Of a stretch of 64,000 nt of DNA, positions 29,085 through 39,205 are shown piece after piece; the first letter of the stretch is position 1; each line of letters begins with the position of its first letter. The notes under the pieces are model-generated. The model was given only the letters and a program-made list of their open reading frames with translations. It did not search any database and was not told where the DNA came from. The position numbers and the translations under genes are program-made. Source of the stretch: a virus (lineage: Duplodnaviria; Caudoviricetes). Where the stretch lies: the IMG/VR virus record IMGVR_UViG_3300033757_000347, one strand, 5' to 3'.

Positions 29085-29088
29085 CACT

Positions 29089-30123
29089 ATGATAGGCGAC
29101 GGTGTAATCGCTGAGTCCGTAATCAGCTTCGAAATAACCTGGAAGAATCCAGGAAATGGGGAGCAGCCAAAATGGGATCAGAACGATCAGAAGATCTATT
29201 ACCATCAGGCTGACATCTACCCGGACCTGCTGTTCACTAAGGCTCAGGGCATAGCCACTTACTACACGTACACGACTATCGACGCAATAATTCACCTCCT
29301 AAAGGAGATCGACGAAATCATCGATGCAAAACTTTCATCTGCAGAAGTTTCCGAAGAAGTAAAACAGCTTGGGCCTGCCACCTCCGTACAGAGAGTTGGC
29401 CCTACCGGTTTGCAGACAGTACCTCGAGGAGAGATCCAAAGAGTTGGCCAGACCGCTCTGCAGAGAGTTCAGCCAGGAAACACTCAGTTACAGACAGTTC
29501 AAAGAGGTCAAGTTCCGGCTACCGTTCAAAAAGGTCAAGTGCCAGCAACTATTCAGAAGGGCCAAGTTCCAGCTGTCATTCAAAAGCAAAGCATTTCGAG
29601 TGACCCTGAGGAACCCGTTAAGCAGGATGAAGTTACTAATGAACCTGAGCCTAAACAGGGCCAGGAAGCATCTGGTTCGTCCAGGGCTTACACGGTGATA
29701 GTCTACGGTAAGGAACTTAAATTGATAGACGCTCAGTTAACTAGCGCTAACATCAGAGTAAGGCACAGAATATCGGCCAACCTTTTCCGAAAGATAAACG
29801 AAGAGATCGTTGACAACACCAAGAACATCTGGTTAGAAGTTCACTTCGGTTTGGGAAGAGTTGTGAAGATGGAGATGAAAGAGTTCGAAACCAAAGACGG
29901 TGTAAACCTGTTAGTTCAAGTACTCCCAACGATCGACCTAATTTTAACTCCTGACAAGAACGCAGTAACTCCAAAATCCGAAGAAACCATAAACGTCGAA
30001 GATAAGATAAAAAACCTAAGACGGTTAAGGTACGAAAGGGAAGAGAATCGGTTCGAAAGATCCAGATCCGAAACCGAAAAAGGGTTAAAAAGAGCGGGTT
30101 CTTACTGGAAGAAGTCCGAGTGA
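29089..30123 (+). CDS. hypothetical protein with Gln-rich ~9-aa repeats
   Basis: VQRGQVPAT / VQKGQVPAT / IQKGQVPAV repeats. Confidence 0.7.
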   Translation: MIGDGVIAESVISFEITWKNPGNGEQPKWDQNDQKIYYHQADIYPDLLFTKAQGIATYYTYTTIDAIIHLLKEIDEIIDAKLSSAEVSEEVKQLGPATSVQRVGPTGLQTVPRGEIQRVGQTALQRVQPGNTQLQTVQRGQVPATVQKGQVPATIQKGQVPAVIQKQSISSDPEEPVKQDEVTNEPEPKQGQEASGSSRAYTVIVYGKELKLIDAQLTSANIRVRHRISANLFRKINEEIVDNTKNIWLEVHFGLGRVVKMEMKEFETKDGVNLLVQVLPTIDLILTPDKNAVTPKSEETINVEDKIKNLRRLRYEREENRFERSRSETEKGLKRAGSYWKKSE

Positions 30124-30168
30124 AAATCCTAGAGCTCACGAATAAATAAACAAAAAACACAAGACAAG

Positions 30169-30771
30169 ATGGCTGGTCTACCACATTTCAAAAATCACAC
30201 AGCTGGTCCGAACAGGTACGAACCTATATACCTAAACCAGTTCGAGGTTATTATTACTCCACCTCCGGCGGTTTCGGCTAAGATCGGTTTCAACAATAAC
30301 TTAACTCTGGAGCACGTTAACAAGGTTGGTCCACTTCCTGAACTAGCAGGTAACGCAGGCGGACCGCTGCAGGTTCAGAGGTACAAATTCGCGGAAAGAG
30401 CTTACTCAGCTGCACGTCCAGCTACGACGCTGTCTAAGTTCACGATAGAATTCTCTCTGAACTTGAACGAGGATAACGACAACTACATCTACAACGCGTT
30501 CAGAGCATGGGCAGACTTGATCTACAATCCGATGACTGGTGCCCAAGGACTAAAAAGAGATTACGCAGGAACAACGGCTAACCCGGCTATCGTTCAGATC
30601 ACCCAGTTCAACAAAGCAGGTCTGATCTTCAGGGAATTCGTTTTCAATCCTGTGTTCCTGGACAGCGCTAAGTTCAACGAACTTCAGCTGGATTACGCAG
30701 GAGAGCAGATAGCTACTCTAACCGTTCCGTTCGTTGCTGACCGTTACGTTGAAACCAGAGTTGGTCAGTAA
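30169..30771 (+). CDS. tail tube protein (gp19-like)
   Basis: EPIYLNQFEV, WADLIYNPMTGAQGLKRDY and LDY...LTVPFVAD. Follows an AATAAATA motif. Confidence 0.8.
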   Translation: MAGLPHFKNHTAGPNRYEPIYLNQFEVIITPPPAVSAKIGFNNNLTLEHVNKVGPLPELAGNAGGPLQVQRYKFAERAYSAARPATTLSKFTIEFSLNLNEDNDNYIYNAFRAWADLIYNPMTGAQGLKRDYAGTTANPAIVQITQFNKAGLIFREFVFNPVFLDSAKFNELQLDYAGEQIATLTVPFVADRYVETRVGQ

Positions 30772-30788
30772 AAACACAGAACCAAGAA

Positions 30789-31478
30789 ATGGACATATTT
30801 GACGTAAAAAGAAGAGATTTTCCTAAGCTCGATCGGTTTGCCGGCCGGAATGCCAAACCTTTTGGCGGACCAGGTGAAAAAGAAGACTTTCAGGGAAATA
30901 AGCGCAAATCCCTTAATAAATATCAAAGAGTGATTGAGCGCGACTGGAAGACTGAAGGCAGCCTTCACAATCCTGTTACGGGAGAAGAAATGTTCCAGCC
31001 CAATTACGATAGCGCTTGGCACGCAGTGACAAGCGACAAAGTTAGCAGAGATGCAAAGAAAAAACCTACTGATGTCATGACCGCAAAAGCAACAATTTTT
31101 ACACAACCTGTCGAGGAAAACAAGATAATGAGATTCGAACAGTTCGTTAACGAAAATTTCGAAAATCCAGAAATTGGAAACGAAGAAGAATCAATGCAGC
31201 CTGAATACATGCAGACAGAAGAAGTCGACGACCAGGTAAATCTAGAGGATGAAATCGATTCCGGATACGAAGTTGACGAAGAACAACTCGAACAGCTCAT
31301 GGAAGAATACGGAGACGACCTAAACGAATTACTTGACAAGATCGTTACCGAAATGGAAATCGAAAAAGAAGAAGCTGGCGAATTACTAGCGGCTGCATTC
31401 GAAAAGATTTGCAAGGAAGAAGAAACTGAAGAAACCGGCGAGGAAACAGGTGATGAATCTACCGAAGAAGGAGCATAA
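30789..31478 (+). CDS. hypothetical protein with basic N-terminus and very acidic C-terminus
   Basis: 229 aa. An internal MRFEQFVNE motif separates the two halves. Confidence 0.7.
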   Translation: MDIFDVKRRDFPKLDRFAGRNAKPFGGPGEKEDFQGNKRKSLNKYQRVIERDWKTEGSLHNPVTGEEMFQPNYDSAWHAVTSDKVSRDAKKKPTDVMTAKATIFTQPVEENKIMRFEQFVNENFENPEIGNEEESMQPEYMQTEEVDDQVNLEDEIDSGYEVDEEQLEQLMEEYGDDLNELLDKIVTEMEIEKEEAGELLAAAFEKICKEEETEETGEETGDESTEEGA

Positions 31479-31504
31479 CATCAGAAGACTTACTATACAC
31501 TTAC

Positions 31505-31532
31505 AAAAAAGGGGCTTAACCGCCCCTTTTTT
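31505..31532. terminator. bidirectional intrinsic terminator
   Basis: AAAAAAGGGGC-TTAACC-GCCCCTTTTTT between convergent genes. Confidence 0.85.
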
Positions 31533-31929
31533 ATTGTGATTTGAGAATCTTTACGCTATTAGGAACTCGGAGTTCTCCGTCAAAATCCACTAGTATGGGT
31601 TCGAACTGGACGTCCGAGTACGTTCCTGACAGAAAGTCGATAGTGTTCAGAATCGTGTTGGTAGTAAGGTTTGAGTTTATGTAAACTATCCTCTTGTACT
31701 TGCGATTTCGAACGTTTATCGCTTTATCGATTATCTTTTTGATCTCGTAGTTTATCAAAAAAGCTTGGATCTTGTTTGGAACTACTATCTCGTGAGAGAA
31801 CTTGTCTCTCATGATCTTGTTAACGTTCAATAGGTAATCGGATTTACCTTTCTTGTGAAAGACCTGGATGAACTGTTTCTGGTCAGTCACGAATACTACC
31901 TGTAAAGCTCTTACTGGGTCTTCAATCAT
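31531..31929 (-). CDS. hypothetical protein
   Basis: 132 aa ORF translationally coupled to the deaminase gene. Confidence 0.65.
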   Translation of the reverse strand: MIEDPVRALQVVFVTDQKQFIQVFHKKGKSDYLLNVNKIMRDKFSHEIVVPNKIQAFLINYEIKKIIDKAINVRNRKYKRIVYINSNLTTNTILNTIDFLSGTYSDVQFEPILVDFDGELRVPNSVKILKSQ

Positions 31930-32381
31930 TCAGCTGGGTTTAGTTTCTTTATCTCAATTCCGGCTTTCTTCAGCAGTTCCAGACCGGTGACGTCCCGGTA
32001 CTCTTCTTCGTAAACCAGGCGTTTTATTCCAGCTTGCAGGATTAACTTACTACACTCAGCGCACGGCGAGCTAGTGATGTACAGAGTTCCGCCATCGCAG
32101 CTTTGGGTTGACTTAGCGACCTTTAGGATAGCGTTAGCTTCTGCGTGTAGAACGTACCACTTGGTTCGGTAGCCTACGAAATTTCCGTTTTCGTCATTGA
32201 CTACTTCCTCACACTCATTTTCAAAACCAGAAGGTGTACCATTGTAACCATCTGATATGATGGAGCCGTTCTTAACGATGAGAGCTCCTACTTTCAAACG
32301 CTTCGCGTAAGACAGTTTTGACCACGACTTGGCCATTTCCATGTAAACGTGATCAACTAAATCTTGCTTTGCTGGGTTCAT
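31926..32381 (-). CDS. dCMP deaminase
   Basis: VGALIV, GYNG, HAEANAI and SPCAEC zinc motifs. Confidence 0.92.
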   Translation of the reverse strand: MNPAKQDLVDHVYMEMAKSWSKLSYAKRLKVGALIVKNGSIISDGYNGTPSGFENECEEVVNDENGNFVGYRTKWYVLHAEANAILKVAKSTQSCDGGTLYITSSPCAECSKLILQAGIKRLVYEEEYRDVTGLELLKKAGIEIKKLNPAE

Positions 32382-32383
32382 TA

Positions 32384-33268
32384 TTACTTAGTCTTTGTGA
32401 TGTTTTTGTAAATCCATTCGCAAATATCATCTTCATCCTGGAAGATTAAGAATTCTGGAGTTCCGGTCTCGATGTGACTGGCCAGAGTTAAGAGATTGCT
32501 AGTCGGTTCTCCGTCGATATTTATCAGGTCATTTTTAACCATAGGCATCTTCACCGGAACGAACTCGTTCTCTAACATTTTGTTGACGAGATCGTAATGA
32601 CGATCGTACACGTGATACGAATCTGCAACGTGAGTGTAGGTGCCAAGTTCCAGGGTCGGGTAAACTTCTCTTAGGTGGTTTAGCATCTGCATCTGAAGAG
32701 AGCAGAAAAAAGCAGCATCGGTTGGAGTTCCCCAAACTGCATCGTTGCTCCTGATGTTCAGCTTTAAGTGAAGCTTGTTTTCGCGTATGTGAACGTTAAC
32801 GTTCATAGTGCACACGAAATCCTTATTGCCAAAGTACTGGTGGATCGGCATGTTGAAGTGCATGACCGCTTGCCTGGTGTAAGGATCCTTGATGAGGGAT
32901 TGGATAGCCCACTGGTACTGCGATAGACCGTGCTGGTTCTTCATCTTGAAGATGAGATTTCCGTACGCTGAATTAGCGGTACCGTCATCGTTCTGAATCT
33001 GTTCCCAGAACTTTGCCCACTTGGAAATGAAAGCTACGTCATTGCGACCGAGGTAGTACCATACCAGCTCAGCTGCGATGTATTTCATCTGCGAGCTTCG
33101 AGCTGGGTTTGTGTACAAGCACAGTCTCGGATCCTCAACTACGAGAGCAACGTTTAGCTGCTCTCTGCTTACTGTTCCCCTAGCATTGTTTTCTGAACAG
33201 TTGTTCATAACGTGATTCAAGGAATCACGGTAAGCTTCGCCAAAGGAATTTGCTTTAAATACTATCAT
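32384..33268 (-). CDS. thymidylate synthase-fold enzyme, dCMP (hydroxy)methylase-like
   Basis: TRQAV, catalytic Cys in DFVCT, RSNDAVWGTPTD and HVY motifs. Confidence 0.8.
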   Translation of the reverse strand: MIVFKANSFGEAYRDSLNHVMNNCSENNARGTVSREQLNVALVVEDPRLCLYTNPARSSQMKYIAAELVWYYLGRNDVAFISKWAKFWEQIQNDDGTANSAYGNLIFKMKNQHGLSQYQWAIQSLIKDPYTRQAVMHFNMPIHQYFGNKDFVCTMNVNVHIRENKLHLKLNIRSNDAVWGTPTDAAFFCSLQMQMLNHLREVYPTLELGTYTHVADSYHVYDRHYDLVNKMLENEFVPVKMPMVKNDLINIDGEPTSNLLTLASHIETGTPEFLIFQDEDDICEWIYKNITKTK

Positions 33269-33318
33269 TTGATCTTAGTTCTTTGTAACGTTCTTTTACT
33301 CGTAAAGTGATCGTCGGT

Positions 33319-34989
33319 TTACGAAAATTTGATGTCTGAGAAGTGATCTACCTTCTGAACTGACAATTTTCTATCGAAAAGTTCCTCCGGGAGAGGAGAA
33401 TGAGAAATGACGAACACAGTCATCTTGTACTTTTTGGAAAAAGTTTTAAGAAGGTCGACTACTCGGTATATCGATTCAACGTCCAGCGATGAAAATATCT
33501 CGTCCAGGAAAAGAAGGTTGATGCTGTTATTCTTTAGCTTGATAAGCTCAATGATTCCCAACAGGACTATGAGGTTCATCTTTTTCTGCTCTCCAGTAGA
33601 CAACGAATCCGGAGAGATCTGAACGCCTAGCTGGGTGATGACCGGCTCAAAATTCATGTCGAACTCAAAAGCAAACGGAAAATCCAGAACCTTAGCTGTT
33701 CTCAAGAGTTTCTTGTTCAGAACCGGAAGTATCTCTGCCATCAGCATGCGTTTCATTCCGTTGTCTGAAAGAAGGTCCTCCGATTCAACGGAAACCTTTA
33801 TCTGATCAACCAGTTTATCTCTTTCTATGCTTGCTTTTTCCAAAGCCTTCTTTAACGTTTCAACCACTTCGGCAAGGTAACTCGTACCATCCGTATCTAG
33901 ATCTTCTTCCATGCTCAAGCTGGAAAGTTCTTTCCTTAGCGGCGCAAGAAGGGCATCTATCTGGTAGAATCGGTTCTTTGCAAATTCCTGCTCTCCCTTT
34001 TTCTCGGAAAGAACGGTTTCTGCCTTTTTCACAGTTTCGGATAACACAGGAATCTGCTTTTCCTGAGAAGACTTCTGCTCAATTATGTCGTCCTTTATCT
34101 TGGAATGATTAGCATCGGTAAGGTCTGACAAGCAGTGAGGACACTTGTTGTTGTTCTTGTACAGTTGCAGCTTCTTGTCCAAATCCAAGATGTTCATCTG
34201 AGCCGCCGTCCTAACATCTCTGGCCTCAGTAACCGCTTTTTCTAAGGTCTGAACCTCCTTCGTGATGTTGTTGTAGCTGTCCTTGTAAAAATCCTTGTCC
34301 TTTGCCAGCTGCTCTATCCGGTCGGTTACTTCCTTCTTACGAGCTTCTTTCTGAACGGAAAGGTCTTCTTTCATCGTGTTCAGCTGAGTAAGAGAATTCT
34401 CAAGAGTTTTTCTGTTACTTTCCATTGACGAATCGAGAGTCAGCAGAGCAGCTTTTAACGTCTTCAGCTGTTCCTTGTTCTTCTTGGCCATGTAATTGAC
34501 AACTTCCAAGCCAAAAATCTTATCGATGATCTGACGTTTGTCCGCTGGACTGAGTTTGACGAAGCTCTTGAAATCGTTTATGGATAAGCTTATCGTGTTG
34601 GAAAAAACGTTGAATGGGATCTTCACTAGTTCTTCTTCGACAAAGTCGTCCATCCTTCTCTTGTCGGGAAGGTTGTGTTCCACGCCGTTGATAGCAAGCC
34701 TGGAGAAATTGGGTTCCAAACCTCTCTCTATTTCGATCCTGTCGCCGTTGTCCGTAATGAAATCTACAAACGTGTAACCGTTCTTGTTCAAACGGTTCGG
34801 CAGTTCCTTGGTCTTACGTATCGAAGATTTGCCGTACAGCGAGAAAGTGATAGCATCCGATATTGTGGATTTTCCGCCACCGTTCTTTCCCTCGACTAAG
34901 ATCAGCTGAGGATCCTCAGAAAAGGAAAAAGCTTGGATCTTGTTCCCGTACGAGCAAAGGTTCTTAAATGAAAAGTTTAGAAGCTTCAT
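33319..34989 (-). CDS. recombination nuclease ATPase subunit (gp46/SbcC)
   Basis: Walker A GKNGGGKS, zinc hook CPHC, signature LSTGE, FLDE and ISH. Confidence 0.92.
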   Translation of the reverse strand: MKLLNFSFKNLCSYGNKIQAFSFSEDPQLILVEGKNGGGKSTISDAITFSLYGKSSIRKTKELPNRLNKNGYTFVDFITDNGDRIEIERGLEPNFSRLAINGVEHNLPDKRRMDDFVEEELVKIPFNVFSNTISLSINDFKSFVKLSPADKRQIIDKIFGLEVVNYMAKKNKEQLKTLKAALLTLDSSMESNRKTLENSLTQLNTMKEDLSVQKEARKKEVTDRIEQLAKDKDFYKDSYNNITKEVQTLEKAVTEARDVRTAAQMNILDLDKKLQLYKNNNKCPHCLSDLTDANHSKIKDDIIEQKSSQEKQIPVLSETVKKAETVLSEKKGEQEFAKNRFYQIDALLAPLRKELSSLSMEEDLDTDGTSYLAEVVETLKKALEKASIERDKLVDQIKVSVESEDLLSDNGMKRMLMAEILPVLNKKLLRTAKVLDFPFAFEFDMNFEPVITQLGVQISPDSLSTGEQKKMNLIVLLGIIELIKLKNNSINLLFLDEIFSSLDVESIYRVVDLLKTFSKKYKMTVFVISHSPLPEELFDRKLSVQKVDHFSDIKFS

Positions 34990-34991
34990 AA

Positions 34992-35486
34992 TTATTGCTT
35001 AAAGTAAGTTAGTTCATTTCCTCTAGATACGAAACGAACCGTTTTGAAAACGCAGACTTTGCTGTCTTCGTGATACTCGCATATAAGGTTTGGAATCTCG
35101 CTGGTTCGGTAAAGCATGCCGTTCCCCAACATCACAACGTGCGATTTTGATTCAAGGAGAGCGGTAGGGTTCATCTTCGACATTAAAATTCTCCTAAATT
35201 CGTCTGGCGTTATCTCTCCTCGGTCCAACCGTTTTTCGAGTTCAAGTTCGCTAAGCTCAGCCAGCAGCTCGTATTCTTTCTTTAACACAGCTGCATCCGT
35301 AAAAATTTTTTCCTGAAAGGACGGGACGACCTTTCCCAGGATGATCGCTTCTTTCTTAGTCAAGATAGAAACTGGGCAAACTTCGACGATCTCGTCCATC
35401 GGTATGTCGGTCCGCGCTAGGACGACGTAGTTTGCTCCTCCTAAGTTTTTTACAAAAACGTAATCGCTGACGTAAGGGTTAAGCAT
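34992..35486 (-). CDS. divergent SET-domain-like protein
   Basis: VLARTDIPMDEIVEVCPV...GNGMLYRTSEIPNL...RFVSRGNELTY follows the SET pattern, but NHS is replaced by RTS. Confidence 0.6.
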   Translation of the reverse strand: MLNPYVSDYVFVKNLGGANYVVLARTDIPMDEIVEVCPVSILTKKEAIILGKVVPSFQEKIFTDAAVLKKEYELLAELSELELEKRLDRGEITPDEFRRILMSKMNPTALLESKSHVVMLGNGMLYRTSEIPNLICEYHEDSKVCVFKTVRFVSRGNELTYFKQ

Positions 35487-36597
35487 TGTTCTGTTCCTCC
35501 ATAACTTCTTTGTGAAGTTCAACGAACTTCGCAGCGATCTTTTTCTTAAAGTCCAACGGGTAATCCTTTGTCTTTAAGTAAGCTTTAAATATGTCAAACA
35601 AGTTAAAATCTTTGTCTGGATCAAACTCGTCGGCAGTTGCAGAATTTTCGACTTTTTCTTTGTCCGTGTAAGTGAAAAATTCAAGTCGTCTGTGAGTTGA
35701 GTTAGCTATCTCTTCCAAGAATCGAGGAACTGGAAATTTGTTAGCGAACTTCACATTTATCATCACGTCCACAAAATTGTTGGAGAATTGTTCTACGATA
35801 GCAGATTTTGGCATGTCCAAGATGTCGAAAATATCGTACTTTAAGAAGATCGGAGACTTCGAATTTCTTACGAAATGCTCCTGTATCTCTGGCGTGTCTA
35901 CTTGCAATCTGTAAAAACCTCTAGTGTTTCCGATATCACCCCTGTCCATCTGGTAAGGAGAGCCGGTGTACAGAATGTTGCCTTTTTCCTGCCGGATGTG
36001 AATGTGTCCGCTGTAAACTCTCTTGTACTCGGCAAACGCGTCCTTTTCTAGACCCTTTTCTATCGTCACCCACTTATTGTACTTGAAACCGACAATATCT
36101 GTGTGACACACCACGTACTGGCAGAACTTAAGGTGATCAGCTAAGATGTTCTTCACTTTGGCTGGATCGTCTACCCATGGAAGCATCAGAAAATCGTGCT
36201 GGTTGTTTATCGACAGGATCTCCGGCGTTTCAAAAACGTGAATGTTGTCTGCAAGGTTGCCTATCGCTCTTAGGGAGTGAACTTCGCTCTTGTCCTTGTA
36301 GTAAGTATCGTGATTGCCAGTGATTGCAAAAACCCCGCGCTTGAATTTTTTAGCTAGGATGGTGAATAAGTCCAAAACTTCGTTCTGAACTCTAACGTTT
36401 ACCGCTTCTCTGTAGTGAAATATGTCACCTTCGAAGATCAAGATGTCTCGATCCTCGTCGAAATCTGCATCGATCTTCTTCAGGAAAAAGTTCATGAAGA
36501 AATCTTTCTGGATCTCCGACCACTCCATCGAGTTGTTGCGTATCCCAAAGTGGGTGTCGCCGACGAGGTAAACGTATCTTATGTTGGTTAGCTTCAT
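35479..36597 (-). CDS. recombination nuclease subunit (gp47/SbcD)
   Basis: GDTHFG, GDIFH, GNHD, SGHIH and YTGSP motifs. Confidence 0.92.
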   Translation of the reverse strand: MKLTNIRYVYLVGDTHFGIRNNSMEWSEIQKDFFMNFFLKKIDADFDEDRDILIFEGDIFHYREAVNVRVQNEVLDLFTILAKKFKRGVFAITGNHDTYYKDKSEVHSLRAIGNLADNIHVFETPEILSINNQHDFLMLPWVDDPAKVKNILADHLKFCQYVVCHTDIVGFKYNKWVTIEKGLEKDAFAEYKRVYSGHIHIRQEKGNILYTGSPYQMDRGDIGNTRGFYRLQVDTPEIQEHFVRNSKSPIFLKYDIFDILDMPKSAIVEQFSNNFVDVMINVKFANKFPVPRFLEEIANSTHRRLEFFTYTDKEKVENSATADEFDPDKDFNLFDIFKAYLKTKDYPLDFKKKIAAKFVELHKEVMEEQNNA

Positions 36598-37271
36598 TAT
36601 TCGTAAATTCTAAATTCCTTTGATGCTTTGTCGAGGAAGTGATAGTCCTTGTCTAATTCGACCAGAAGGATCTCCTTGTTCTCGTAAGTTAGCATGTCGA
36701 ACAGCTTTTTTGTCTCAATCCCAGTAAGAGATTCTATCGAATCGAAAATGTAAATGGGATTGACAAAAATGCTCTGCTTTGATCCAGGACCTATGCCTGC
36801 TCTGATAAAATCGAACAGAAAGTTTATCTCGGTCTTAGTGAATTTTTTTCGTTCGGGCTCTCTTCCTAAAATTTCTTGAACTTCTGGAGACTCAGATATG
36901 AAATTGTGAATGTCTATTTGCGTGATCTTATAGTCAACGTAGTCGGAATGTTTATCCCGATCGTACATAACGAATTCCGGAGAACTTGGGTCTATCTTGA
37001 TCTCGCTTCTAGAGCTTGACATTTCTTCGTGTTCCTCAGTCGGCTGTCCTCCCATGTTGTAGGAATTGTTGAAGATCTTGTCCGTCTTTTTGAGCTGAGC
37101 ATACGCTACCCGGCGTCTTTCCAGCTCTTCGTGATCCTCATCTGGTATTTCTTCAGGAAGGTCATCTTCGCCAAAATCAACAAGGTCCGAAGACGGCACG
37201 AGTTCATCAACCAGGTCGTCTGACTGATCTTCGATTACATCATCGAATAAGGTTTCTTCATTATCTTTCAA
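36597..37271 (-). CDS. hypothetical protein with acidic N-terminus
   Basis: 224 aa ORF between the helicase and gp47 genes. Confidence 0.7.
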   Translation of the reverse strand: MKDNEETLFDDVIEDQSDDLVDELVPSSDLVDFGEDDLPEEIPDEDHEELERRRVAYAQLKKTDKIFNNSYNMGGQPTEEHEEMSSSRSEIKIDPSSPEFVMYDRDKHSDYVDYKITQIDIHNFISESPEVQEILGREPERKKFTKTEINFLFDFIRAGIGPGSKQSIFVNPIYIFDSIESLTGIETKKLFDMLTYENKEILLVELDKDYHFLDKASKEFRIYE

Positions 37272-37287
37272 AGTTTGGTTAGTTATT

Positions 37288-38856
37288 TTAGCTTATCTCA
37301 TTCAGTATGTCGTCATGAGACTTTTTTGGCCCTCTTGGTTTTTCAGGCGGTGGTTGCTGTAGGAAGTCCTCATCTATCGAAGGTTGCGGTTGTTGAAAAT
37401 CCTCATCGAGATTCAGGCCCAACGACGGAACGTCAGTCGTCTGAGCAGTTTGGTATTGACTTCGCATCTGTTCCTCCAGCGATTGAGTGTCATCATCGTC
37501 CGAATAGTACTCAGAAGCTGGGTCTGTTTCTTCTATCAATTTCGAATACTCGTAGTCCAACCTGAACATTTTGAAACTCTCGTTGTAACCTCCATCTCGG
37601 TTTGCGATGAGTTTTATCTTCATTCTTCTCTCAAGAGGACCTCTTATCAAACCGAACAGTGAGTCTACTGTGTGGATCAAACCGAACGATTCTGCAACAT
37701 CAGTCATTCCCAAGTCCTGATCGTCTACTGCTTCTCTTTTAATCTGAGTAGCTGAGATGATGCACCATTCGTTTCGTATAGCAACTGCTCTGAGTTCTTC
37801 GCTGATAACCTTGACGTTTCCGTACATATTTCCCTGATCGCGAAGAGGCCTCATCAAGTTCAGGTAGTCCACTATTATGACCTTGAATTTGATGCCGGTG
37901 TTCTGCTGAACCCGCAAGAAGTAGTTTTCTATGTCGATTGCTGTGGCCGATCCTGCTCCAAATTCTTTAACTTCCAAGTGTCCTAGATTGGTCACTTTTT
38001 CCCTCAGCGAATTTATTCGTTCATCGATACCTACCGCATCTTCTTTGGTCAAGTACGAATCGTATTCTTTGGTTCGAATGTTTAGTATCGTAGAACCCAA
38101 CCTCTTCATGTACTTTCTGTCCGAAAGTTCCAAAGTAGCGATACCAACATCAACTCCGCTCAAGAAAGCTCTGGCTCCGATGTTCGAAAGCACCATGGAT
38201 TTTCCTACTTTCGGTCTGCCTTGAAATATGACTAGCGTTTTTGGGTTCCATCCACCGTCTAAGACTTTGTTGAAAAATGGAAAGCCAGTAGGCGTTCCGA
38301 CCTTTGAAAGCTGAATGTGGTGATTAGCGTTGAAGAAATTTAACCCTGAATCTGCGCTGATAAAGGACAGATTGAGTTTATCGCTGAATTTCGTTCGAAC
38401 TTCGTTTGTGATGAGTTCGATGTTGTCAGGATTTACTTCGGCTGTTTTTAAGTACGAGAGAGTTTCGATGGTTACCTCGTTGAGGTTCTTCAGAAGAACG
38501 AAAGCTTTGGTGTACTTGACTAAGAAATCATAAGTCATCGATTTCAAGTCAATCTCAAACAGCTTGTCGAACTTATCGTCTGGAATGTCAAGGTTGGCTA
38601 AGTTAGACAACTCTCTGATCTCGTTTTTCGTTGGAACCTTTCGGTATTCAACGAAGAACTTTTTGACCTCCCTGTAAACTTTTTGAAGAATGTCATCGTT
38701 AAAATAGTGAGGCTTCACAGCAGCGATTACCTCACGCTTGTCGATCGCCTCACTATTCTTCGGTTTGATCACTACCTCGTTATCGTCTGGCATCAGAACG
38801 AAATTGAATATCAATTTCTCCAGCAGCTCGATATTTTCCTTAAAATCTATTACCAT
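37288..38856 (-). CDS. replicative DNA helicase (gp41/DnaB-like)
   Basis: GRPKVGKS, IIVDYLNLM, SATQ and AESFGL motifs. Confidence 0.92.
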   Translation of the reverse strand: MVIDFKENIELLEKLIFNFVLMPDDNEVVIKPKNSEAIDKREVIAAVKPHYFNDDILQKVYREVKKFFVEYRKVPTKNEIRELSNLANLDIPDDKFDKLFEIDLKSMTYDFLVKYTKAFVLLKNLNEVTIETLSYLKTAEVNPDNIELITNEVRTKFSDKLNLSFISADSGLNFFNANHHIQLSKVGTPTGFPFFNKVLDGGWNPKTLVIFQGRPKVGKSMVLSNIGARAFLSGVDVGIATLELSDRKYMKRLGSTILNIRTKEYDSYLTKEDAVGIDERINSLREKVTNLGHLEVKEFGAGSATAIDIENYFLRVQQNTGIKFKVIIVDYLNLMRPLRDQGNMYGNVKVISEELRAVAIRNEWCIISATQIKREAVDDQDLGMTDVAESFGLIHTVDSLFGLIRGPLERRMKIKLIANRDGGYNESFKMFRLDYEYSKLIEETDPASEYYSDDDDTQSLEEQMRSQYQTAQTTDVPSLGLNLDEDFQQPQPSIDEDFLQQPPPEKPRGPKKSHDDILNEIS

Positions 38857-38866
38857 GTGAATTGGG

Positions 38867-39205
38867 TTAACTTATTGAATAGTACCGCGAAAATTCCGAC
38901 TCGCTGATGTAAAGGTATTCGCCCTTTCTTTCTATCGCTTCGGAATCTATGAGGTCTTTCAGTATGACTTTTATACGTCCCAAGAATTCTTCGGATTTAG
39001 TGTTGTCGCCAAAAACGTACTTGAGAGTCTTTACTGAGAACTTTATGTCAGTTGGATCCCACTCCTTTTCGCGTGAGTCTGCTACCCTAATTAGGTGCGA
39101 GATCACGTCAAACATGAAATCCTGAGACGTTGGATAGTTTGGCATGCTCTGGTGCAAGCCCAAAGAATACTTTATCGGAAGAGTTTCCTGGATCTTAAAG
39201 TTCAT
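38867..39205 (-). CDS. hypothetical protein
   Basis: 112 aa ORF between the uvsX-like and helicase genes. Confidence 0.65.
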   Translation of the reverse strand: MNFKIQETLPIKYSLGLHQSMPNYPTSQDFMFDVISHLIRVADSREKEWDPTDIKFSVKTLKYVFGDNTKSEEFLGRIKVILKDLIDSEAIERKGEYLYISESEFSRYYSIS

